A stretch of DNA of 63,723 nt, the filler included, from Xylographa opegraphella (taxonomy: Eukaryota), in assembly GCA_022813865.1 (NCBI GenBank). It is 5 parts of 5 records of this genome, joined end to end, with 100 filler letters (N's around TTAATTAATTAA, not from the genome) between each part and the next. Parts side by side here need not be neighbours in the genome. Positions count along the whole stretch, not along the records: positions 40,311 to 53,345 come from JALDZX010000163.1; positions 53,446 to 63,723 come from JALDZX010000174.1; 3 more parts are not named here. One strand, 5' to 3'. The notes under the pieces were generated by a model, which was not told where the DNA came from, made no database searches, and worked only from the letters and a program-made list of their open reading frames with translations. The position numbers were made by a program, and so were the translations under genes. This document shows, one piece after another, positions 53,284 through 63,723 of this stretch; position 1 is the stretch's first letter, and each line of letters opens with the position of its first letter.

Positions 53284-53345
53284 TGTTGAAAATCCAGGGG
53301 GTTAGCAGCCTGTGTTGTCGGCTTGTACTATAGCCAATTAGGACT
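53284..53345 (+). mobile_element. LTR family C variant, partial at scaffold end
   Basis: TGTTGAAAATCCAGGGGGTTAGCAGCCTGTGTTG, a diverged relative of the 3110 copy. Confidence 0.75.
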
Positions 53346-53445
53346 NNNNNNNNNNNNNNNNNNNNNNNNNNNNNNNNNNNNNNNNNNNNTTAATTAATTA
53401 ANNNNNNNNNNNNNNNNNNNNNNNNNNNNNNNNNNNNNNNNNNNN
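53346..53445. other. Artificial scaffold linker
   Basis: N44-TTAATTAATTAA-N44. Confidence 0.97.
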
Positions 53446-53781
53446 AAATCAAAAATCAAAAATCAAAAATCAAAAATCAAAAATCAAAAATCAAAAATCA
53501 AAAATTTAATGAATTCGAGACGAGCTTTTCTGGCGTTTTTAAATTTTAAATTTTTTATAATATTTATATAATAACGATAAAATAGAAGAAATTCGATAAT
53601 AATTAAATGATTTTATTTTATTTTATTTTTTATCGAACGAATAGTTTAAATGAATAAATGAAACTAAAATAATGAAATTAATACTTTATTAAATCATCTG
53701 CCAAAATGCGTAAAAAAATTGCTTTTTTGAAAAAGAATTTTTGTTATATACGATTAGGTTAATTTAACGATTATTTTAAAT

Positions 53782-53923
53782 TAATAATTACGTTAACTTA
53801 ATAATTACGTTAATTTAATAATTACGTTAAGTTAATAATTACGTTAATTTAATAATTACGTTAATTTAATAATTACGTTAAGTTCATAATTACGTTAATT
53901 TAATAATTACGTTAATTTAATAA
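53782..53923. repeat. 17-bp minisatellite (TAATAATTACGTTAATT), about 8 copies
   Basis: Tandem array. Confidence 0.9.
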
Positions 53924-54104
53924 CAAACTAGCATTTATATTACTTTTAAATAATATAAAAAATATTTGGTTAAATACCGTTATTTTTAATATTTTCTATT
54001 TAATATTTATTAAATCGCTAATTTTTATTATATTTAAAATTTAGTTAAATAATAAATCTTTTAAAATTAAAATTAAATAGAGATTAAAATAATTTATCTG
54101 CGAT

Positions 54105-54301
54105 TGTTAGAAATAGAGTCCCGGCCTGCCTGCAGGATAGCGAGAGCTGCTAAGCGAGAGCTCGGGCCGCNNNNNNNNNNNNNNNNNTAGTGCGCGAGCA
54201 TATAGTCTCGTAGTTGTTCATAGCTAATACAACACACTTGTTTACCCATATATTCTGCTAGAATGACCACTGCGCTTCAGTACCCATCGTACCTTTCAAC
54301 A
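54105..54301 (+). mobile_element. Solo LTR family E (about 197 bp)
   Basis: TGTTAGAAA...TTTCAACA; TSD GCGAT on both sides. Confidence 0.88.
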
Positions 54302-55392
54302 GCGATTATATTTTACGTAAATACGAAATTAATTTGAAATTAATTTCTTTAATAAAGGTTTTTAATAAAATAATAAATAATATTAATATTTTTCGATTTT
54401 TCGTGAATATAAACGTTTTTAACTTACGTTAATAATGTTTAATGATTTTTTTTAATTACATCGACGAGTTTTTTTAATATTAATTATTTTTTATAATATT
54501 AATATTATTTAATTCGATGTTTAAATATTTATCGTAATCGAGGTTTTTAAATAATTATATAATTTCGAGTTTTTTTCGCGTAATTAAAATTATATATTTA
54601 ACTTTAATAATTAAAATAAATATTAATTTTTATTTTTAATTTGTTTAAATAATTAACCTTTCGCTAAATATATATACGTATTTATAAATAAAATTTTGAT
54701 TTTATTTATTTATCGTGTGACTAAAATGGAAATAATTACTAAAATTAACATTTTTACTGCTTTCGTAAATTAATTTAAAAAATTTTATCGATTAAACGTA
54801 ACAAAATTAATTTTTTAATATGCGACCGTAACATTTTATAAAATTATTAAAATAATAATTTAATTCTTTTTAAAATAAAAATAATATTGAAACGCGTATA
54901 TATATTTATATATATTGATTTTTAAATTGCGTATTAATATTTACGTTAATTAATTCTTTTATTTTTAAAAACAATTGATCGAAAATAAGTCGTAATCGTT
55001 TATTAAAAATTTTATTATTTTAAATTTATCGATTTTTATATATAATTTTACGATTTTTTTAAATAAATTAAGCGATTTTTCCTGTCGCGCGTAATTTAAA
55101 TATTTAAGATTTTTTAGTTTTTTCAATTTTGACCTTGAATAATTTTGGGGATTTAATTTTAAATTAATTAGTTTTAATTCTATAAAATATTACAACTTCA
55201 ATATCTTTTACGTATAAAAATAATTAATTTTTTATTAAAATAAATTAACAAGCAAGAATTAACGTTATATTGCTTAAAATCAATTTATTTGAAAATTTAA
55301 ATATAACGTTTGTATTAATTATAAATTACTTGCTTAAAATCGTAAAAATCTCGCAGCATTTTGAAATAATATTTTATTTTAATTGTAATTTT

Positions 55393-55592
55393 TGTTGGAA
55401 ATAGCGTCGCCTGGCAGAATGCCCTCTATATTGCCTGCAGGCAATATAGACGCTAACCTGCTTCTAGACTAGCGTAGCCGTATATAAGGGAGCTTTCTTC
55501 CTTAAGAAGAAAGTAACCTTCTTACGCATCTTGACAGATAGTTCAATGAAGCACTGGTTCCACCATACTGATTCTACCCATTCATTTCAACT
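55393..55592 (+). mobile_element. Solo LTR-like family F (200 bp, TGTTGGAAAT...ATTTCAACT)
   Basis: GC-rich insert, internal TATATAAG, TSD ATTTT on both sides. Confidence 0.8.
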
Positions 55593-55874
55593 ATTTTTAA
55601 TAAAAACGATATATAAATTTCTTTTAAAAATTCGATAAAAGCGTTATTAAGGTTTATTTAATCGTATTTTGAATTTATTATAATTATTGATACGAAAATA
55701 AGGCGAAGGATATCGTATTTTAAAATTATTATAATTATTAATACGAAAATAAGGCGAAACGTATCGTATTTTATAGTTAAAATAAAAAATTTCGTAGTTT
55801 ACGTTGTATTTTTTTTTAAAAAAAAATACAACGATACGAACCTTGAATTTATTTAATAAATTTTTGGTGTAAAA

Positions 55875-56567
55875 TATCAACAAAAAGGAAAAACGAAGAT
55901 TCGATCAAAAAGTATACTTTTTACGCAAAAAGTAAATTTGCAGAAATAGTACAAGGTTTTGAATTTTTGTATATTGTTTATATACTTTTTGCGCATTTAA
56001 TGCGTTGAATACGTTTAGCAACTTTTTTACTACATTAAAAAATTAAAAAAATCTTTTAAAATAATTAATTCGTTTAAAAAATATATTTAAAAATTATTAA
56101 AAATAAATAAAAACTGAATAAGCAAAAAATATTTTTTCGAAAACTTTTTCAAATTTCTTTATATACGCCTTTTATTAAATTCATATAAATAATATAAATA
56201 CGTAATTAAATTAAATTTACGTAAAAAATCCAAACTCGTTAAAATTAAATTATAATCAATATTGGTAAAGTTATAGCGTTAACGAATATTTACGAATAAT
56301 ATTCGTTAATTTAAAAATTTAAAAAATAATTTATTTTTAATTATATTCTAAAAAGTATTTTAAACGTATTTTAAACGTATTTTAAACGTATTTTAAACGT
56401 ATTTTAAACGTATTTTAAACGTATTTTAAATATTTATTAGAAAAGTTAAAAGTATAATTTTTTATTAAACGTATTAAACGTATTGAATATATTGAATACG
56501 CAAAAAGAATACTTTTTAATCGATTTATAAAATCTTAAAATTTAAGCAAAAATTCTTTTTACTGATG
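55875..56567. mobile_element. Non-autonomous TIR element, same family as 3750-4394
   Basis: Colinear with 3750-4394; contains an expanded 11-bp array (TATTTTAAACG) at about 56356-56430. Confidence 0.65.
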
Positions 56568-56678
56568 ATTTTCGATTTAATTATTTAATTATTTATTTAT
56601 TTATAATAATATTGGCGTTTTTGATAAAAGTTTTTTTTATTTTTATTAAATACGAATACGACGATTTTTGCGTTTATA

Positions 56679-59600
56679 TATTAAAATTCTTATTTTCACA
56701 GGGTAAATTAAGAACGTTCAGGGGTTAACGCTCGATAAAAAAAATTACTTAATTTTAAATATTTCTTGTTGCTTTTTAATACTCCCGCAAGGGGCATCTA
56801 AGGGTATAAAAGAGTAACTCGAACAGAGTTTTTATATAAAATAAAAAAAATTATTATAAAAGGCGTGTTCAACTTATATTATAATTTTATTTATAAAATA
56901 AAATTTTTTAATATCAATTTGTACGAAAATTATTATTTCTTTAAGAATAATAAGTTTGCTATTATATTTTTTAATTTTTTTATTAACGAATTTAATTTGA
57001 ATTCTTTAATTAAAATGTATTAATAAAATTCAGAATCGTAATATTTTAAATACTTCTTAAATAAATACATTAAAAGTATAATAAAATTTACCCTTAAATG
57101 TTGTAAAAGGTAATAAAAGAAATATTATAAAAAAGAATAATCGCGTTAAAATAAAAAAATTAAAAAAATTTAAAAAACTAATTTATATAAATAAATATTT
57201 TTCGGGTTTTAAGGGAATAGCGTTTTAAAGTTAAAGCAGTCGTTTTTCACTATTACGTATATATAAAAATAAGTTTGAAAATAAATCGTTTTTTATTTTA
57301 AATTTTTTTTTTTAAATTTTTAACGACGAAAACTCTAAATAGCCAAAAACTTTTACGACGTTTAAAATTAAATTAAAAGAATTTTTGAATTATCGAGCGA
57401 AAAAAAATATGGCAAAACGAATTATATAATATTTTAAATAAAAAAGATTTTATATAAAAAATTTTACTCGATTTTAATAAGTCGCAATTTAAATTAAATA
57501 GAATAATAATGCTTTTATTATAATATATCGCAAAGGATTTCAAAATTTAATAAAAAATAAGTTAATCAAAATTAATATCGCAATTGAAATTATAGATTAA
57601 ATCATTAAAATATACATAAAAATCGATAGTAAATTATATAAAAAGACTATAAAAAGCGAATACGAAATTAAAGGCACAGTAAAAATTAATTACTAAAAAA
57701 AATTTATATAAAACGTCAAACTTTTATGAATTTATATTAATAAAAATAAGGCTTTAAAATGATACTTACGAAAAAAAAAATTTATTATATATATAAAAAA
57801 GTCGACTATATTACTAAAAATTGTCGATTGAAAAAATAAAATACTTAAATTATAAATAAATATATATCTAAAATTTTTAATAAAATCGAAATTCAAAAAT
57901 AGCTATTTTTATATAAAGGAAACATAAAATTTACCTTAATTTTAAACGACTAAATTAATATTAGCAAAATATACGAAGATTAATTTATAAAAAATTTATA
58001 TTTAATATAAAATAAATAGCTCTTGGGTAAAAATTAATAATAACGAAAAAAGCGATTTAAACGCTGATAATTTATAAATTAAAAAATTTTAAGGATTAAA
58101 ACGTCGAGTTAAATAATTTCGAAAATTAAATTTATAAAAAAACTAACGAGCCAACAACCCCGATAAAGATTAAAAAAGTAAATATATAAAATTATTAAGT
58201 AAATTTAAAATATTTATATTATAATATAATATATAGTAGTATTTATACAAGTATTTGCTGCAAAACTTATTAAAAAAAATTATAAGTACAATAACCACGC
58301 AAAAAGGACCTATTATAGTATTTAAATTTAAAATAAATGCTTTAAAAATAAATACCTTTGATATTTAAAAAAAATGAAAATATTTATAATTCCTAGGATA
58401 CGCACAAGAATTTTGCTATAAATTTATTATATATATAATTTGTTTTAAAAAAAGAATTACGAAAATTAATTATAATAATAGTATTTTTAAAAGAATGTAT
58501 AATATATATAGAAATTAAAGAAATTTACGGGTATCTCGAGCCAAAAAAAGTAACATTATGTATTATAAAAAACATATAAAAATTAATATAATATACTTTA
58601 AAATATACTGAAAGAATTAAATTATATAAATTTTATAAAAATTTTAATTAAAATAAACGATTATCGAACAATCGTATTATTAAATATTAAAGTTAATTTA
58701 AATCATATATTTAATATTTTCGCGAAAAACTGCGACTTTATATTTTTATTTTTAAAATAAATTTAAATAATAATGGCCGAGGAGTTATTAAAAAGGAAAG
58801 AAAAATAATATATAAAATTATTCTCTGTCGTTATTTATTAATATTATAAGAAAATAGTTTTAAATATAATTATTATAATTAAATATTATATTATTCTAGA
58901 TTTACTTTAATAAATTAAGTATAACGTATTTTTTAATCAAAAAAAAGAAATATATATAAAAAAGTATATCAATCGCGTTATTAATTTATATTTTATATAT
59001 TAATAAAGGACGGTAATAAATAAAAAAGAATTAAAAATCAATTAAAATTATAAAGATTTTATTTTTAAATAAAAATAACTTTATTTAAAGGTTTAACTCG
59101 ATACGTTTTAACAAAAGTTAATAAAATAAATAAAGTTAAAATTTAAAAAAACGTATTTTTTAATATCCTCGAGGAGTATAAAAATGAATAAAAAAAATTT
59201 AAACAAAAGAATTTAACGCTTTATTTAAATATTAATTTTATAATTACAAAATTAATCTTAAATTAAAGAAAGAATTAACATTTAAATTTATATATAATAG
59301 ATTAAAAAAAGAACTTCGAGAGCTTCGTAAATATATTAATAAAAATTTAAGAAAAGAATTTATACGATAATTAAAGTTTTTAATAAAATATTTCATAATA
59401 TTTATATTTAAAAAAATTAAAATCTTGCATCGATTATCGGAAATTAAACGATATTATTATTAAAAATCGATATTTACTATCGGAAATTAGCGAAATACGA
59501 ACTAAATTTAATACTTTTTTTTGTTTAAATTTAACCTTAAAAGCGTATATAATATTATTAAAATAAAAAAAAGCGAAAAATAAAAACTGCGTTTCCAAGT

Positions 59601-61585
59601 AAATAAGTTTTTTATAAATATTATATTATAATTTTTAAATTAATCAACCTACTAGCTATTTATTAAATATTAATTAATAACGTATTAAAAATTTATTTAA
59701 ACTTAACCATAGAAATTTATTTAAACGATATATTTATTTACTCGAAATTCATAAAAAATATATAAAACATACATAAAAAGCATTGATATATTTAGAAAAG
59801 GCAAAACTATTTTTTAAATTAAAAAAGTATAAATTTAGCAAAATCAAAGTAATTTTCATCAAATTTATGATTAATAAAAATAAGAATTAAATAAAGTTAA
59901 AGAATAAAAGCTATACTTCAATAGCTTTAATTAATAATAGCAAAGAAAGTTTTCAAATTTCTAAAATTTACAAATTTTAATCAAATTTTATTAAAAATTA
60001 CTTTAAAAAGCGATGTTTTTAACGAATCTAATATATAGAAATATAAAATTTAAATGCGATTCGAACCAACAACGAGTTTTTAATATTTAAAAAAAACTAT
60101 ATAAAATTTTCAATTTTAATAATATTTTGAACAGAAAAATCTGCTCGAATAAAAACTAACGTATTGAACTTGGCTATTAAAATATATTTATTGTAAATAA
60201 AAAATAAAAAATATTTTATTATACATAATTTAAACAAAATGTCGTAAGTAAAACAGAATTACGATATTTATAATAAAAATTACTTTCAATAGTAATATTT
60301 ATATAAAATTGAAAAATATATACAAAAAGCTATTTAAAATTTAGATAAATTATAAAGATTTATTCAAATTTATTACGATAAAAATATTCAATAAAAAATA
60401 AATACGATAGATTAAACTCTAAAAATAAAATTAATTTAAAATTATTTATACTTTAGGGGAAAAAATGGGAAAATAAACGCGTTTAATAAAAAAAGAATTT
60501 TATAAATAAAAAATTAATTAATAAAATACCGCCAAAATTAAACAATAAAGGCGTATTAACTTTAAATACGATAAATCGCAGCTTTTAATAAAAAATTGTA
60601 AAAGAAGATTTAAAAAATTGTAAAAGAAGATTTAAAAAATTGGTTAACAGAGAAACTAATTAAATATTATTATAATAAATCAATAAATCGCCATTCAGGA
60701 ATTATTAAAATGATAAAACTTATAAAAAGAAATTATAACTTTTTAAGTATAAAAGAATATGTAAGAGAATATATTGATAAATGTATATTATGCCAGAAAA
60801 ATAAATCAACCAGGCAAATAATATATAAAATGATCTAATTTATAAAAATAAATTTTAATAAATTTTAATATTAAATTATTAAAGTTCGAGGATTTTGTTA
60901 CAAAACAACTATATAATTTAATTATAATAATAATAAATAAATTTATAAAGTACTTTATTATAATATTTTTCAAACAATATATATAACAAAGTAATTAGCA
61001 TTTTTAATACTAAATTAATTAATACGAAATAATAAGTTCCCAAAAAAGATAATATTAAACAAAAACAAACTATTTATATTCAATTTCTAAAGAACTTTAA
61101 TATCAAAATTGAAAATTAAATTAAAAATGTTAATAGCTTATTACCCACAAACTGACGATTAAATTAAAAAGAATGAAAAATTGAAAATATACTTAAAATA
61201 CTATATTAATTTTAAATAAAATATTTAAATATTATTATTATCATGAAAATAATTGGCGTTAAACGATAAATAATTCGCAATAATTGGTTTTACGTTTTTT
61301 TTTGCAAATTTAAAATAATATTTAAATATATCTAAAGAATTAAAATTAAAGTTTAATATCGATAAAACAATAATATTAACGAAAGATTTAAAGAAAACGT
61401 ACATCCCTTTTAAAAAGAGAATTATTTTAAAAAATTAAAAAATTGAAATATTAAGATATAAATTATCGAAGAATGAACCTTAGTTAAAAAAAAGGATAAA
61501 GTATATTTCTTTATAAAGATTTATTAATTAATAAGAAACGAAATAAAAAATTGGTTATATCAAGATCGAACCATTTTTAACAAGG
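56679..61585 (+). mobile_element. Heavily RIP-degraded, near full-length Gypsy element of family D (5' LTR 56679-57043, gag, protease, RT, RNase H, integrase)
   Basis: Relics CIDYRKLNDIIIKNRY (about 59425), YLNDIFIYS (about 59720), QNYDIYNK (about 60255), AYYPQTDD (about 61135). Confidence 0.8.
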
Positions 61586-63659
61586 TGTTATAACTTTGAA
61601 TCTCATTAATACAGCTTGATCAAGAATTTGAATTGAATTCGTCAATGAATGAATAAAAAAATATGGTAACAAGTTTATTGTTTTTAAAGAAATAATCATT
61701 TTCGTACAAAATTATATTAAAATTTCTTATTCTATAAGCTAAATTATAATATAAGTTAAATACGTTTTTTATTTTATATAAAAACTTTATTTTATAATAT
61801 TTTTTATACTTTCGCCGAAAGCAATTAAGGCTAAAATGATACCTTTTATATTCTTATCGAAAGCAGAAAAGGCATTTAAAATAAAAGATTTTCGACTTTA
61901 TTTTATTATTAATTTCTTTCGCTAAACTTCTGCTTTAAAAGAATTTTAGTAGTTTCTTTATGTTATATTAGAATATAAAATATTTAGCGTTTATCGTTGA
62001 AAGATTTAATCGATTAGTATTTATAATAAAGGAAAATTTACGATATATCTTTCTTATTATTACATTAAAAAGTGTTTAATTTGCGAGATTTTTTCGAAAT
62101 CGAATTTCTACGTAAATTATATTGCTATTAAAACTCGTTATTTTTTGATTAATATAAATATCGATCGTCGTAATTTAAAGAAATAAAAAAAATAAAACGT
62201 TAAATTGTGACGGCTATGACATCAGTCACAGGTAATAGGGGTCGGGCTGGATCAGGACTAGCACCTTTAGTATATAGTCTCGCCCATGGAGGAGCCTCAC
62301 CGCTTCTCCATCTTAATCTGGGTTGAAATCGTCCACCTAAAGCTTACGTTCTAGGCGTGCTTGTGTGGTGAGTTGATGAGCCGTAACATAAATAATTAAA
62401 TTAAAAAAACTTTTAATCGTAAAAAACGTCGACTTTTAAACATTAAAAATAAAAGACGAAAAATACTTTAACATAAAATCTTTAATATCAAGGCTTTAAA
62501 AAATAATCAACATCGAAAGGCGAAAACTTTTAGTTACGATTTTTTCGAGGTTTTTTTTTTCTTTAAATTCTTTGTTTTTAAAACTTTAAAATTTTTTAAT
62601 AGAATTTCCAAAGAAAATCTCGACAGTTCTCATGATTGATAAATGATTTTTATATATTATTTGAGTTTAAGTATTTTTTTACTTAATTAAATAACTTTGA
62701 TTTTGTTTGTTTAAAAAATTTCTAATTCGAATTTTTGTTTTTTCTATTGTATTAAAAAATTATTTATAATGAAATACTGAGGTTCGCTGGTTTCAACGAA
62801 AAAATATAAAATATTAAATATATTTCTAGCTTTTTTAATAAAATAAAAAGATAATTAATTAATTTTTACCTTGATTTGATTAAAAATGATTTGATTTTAA
62901 TATAATTAAACTTTTTGCTTCGATTTTTGCTAATTGTTGAATTTTGTATAAAAAAATATACTTTATTTTCTTTTTTTAGCTAAATTTTTATTAATATTAT
63001 ATTTTATAATAGCAAGCTTGACGTTACTTTATCGAATTTTTTAAAATAGCGTTTTATTTATATATTTTTAAATTTTAGCGAATATTATTGCCCTGTTTAT
63101 ATTAAAAGTTAATTTTCATTCTTTAGATATATTCGAATGTTGTTCTGAATTCCCGAAAAAAATATTAAATTTATTATCGTACATTATTTTTTATTTAACG
63201 CTAATGATTTTAATAGTGGCAATAATATTTAATTGTTTTGCTTGAAATTAATATAATATTTTAAATATATTTTTAAATTTTGGTTTACTCGTTCAGTTTG
63301 TCTTTTAGTTTGTAAACAATAAATTATTATTATTTTTAGTTTAATTTTTAATTTAAACATTAAAGTTGTTTAGAAATTAAATATAAATAGCTTATTTCTA
63401 TTTAAAATTGTTTTTACTAAAAATTTATAATCTCGTATTAATTGATTTAATATTAAAAATGCTAACTATTTTACCGTAGATAGTTTTATAAATAATATAA
63501 TAGTAAAGTATTTAGTAAACTTATTTATTATTATTATAATTATATTATATAATTAACCCGTAACAGAATTCTCGAACTTTAATAATTTAATAATTTAATA
63601 ATAAAACTTATTTTTATAGTATGTTTAGTATTTTTATAAATTAAATATTCTTATATTCT
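61586..63659 (-). mobile_element. Nested second copy of the chromovirus 3' half (LTR about 61586-61908, antisense ORF relic, chromodomain, integrase), heavily mutated
   Basis: Colinear with 50755-52750. Confidence 0.75.
62206..62388 (+). mobile_element. Solo LTR family B (complete, no gaps)
   Basis: TSD TAAAT on both sides; inserted in the antisense ORF relic. Confidence 0.92.
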
Positions 63660-63723
63660 TGTTAAGGTTCTGACCAATACTGTGTGAAACACCGAGCGGA
63701 GGAACAATAATACGGCTGCCTCC
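63660..63723 (+). mobile_element. LTR family D start, cut by window end
   Basis: TGTTAAGGTTCTGACCAATACTG matches the start of the 38894 copy and the reverse complement of the 51091 end. Confidence 0.75.

Overview
Filamentous ascomycete (Pezizomycotina-type) nuclear DNA with a two-speed layout. Compact GC-balanced gene islands alternate abruptly with very AT-rich blocks of RIP-degraded transposons (Ty3/Gypsy, LINE, non-autonomous DNA elements). The islands carry a beta-hydroxyacid dehydrogenase, two complex I subunits, Sec61beta, a peroxisomal ABC half-transporter, RPL20, CSN12-like PCI protein, BTB protein, JJJ1, KGD2, H2A/H2B, ATG4, SHY1 and a disrupted CENP-T-like gene. The window is not contiguous: five scaffold pieces are joined by an artificial N44-TTAATTAATTAA-N44 linker in descending size order. 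Most notable: (1) the CENP-T/Cnp20-like kinetochore gene has two in-frame stops and a frameshift; (2) about 22 short, GC-rich, unmutated solo-LTR-like inserts from 8 families lie only inside degraded repeats; (3) a chromovirus carries an antisense Zn2Cys6-like/coiled-coil ORF; (4) one repeat family sits with the same polarity at three gene-island borders; (5) the RIP-like mutation spares CpG. All homology calls come from motif recognition by eye, not from database searches.
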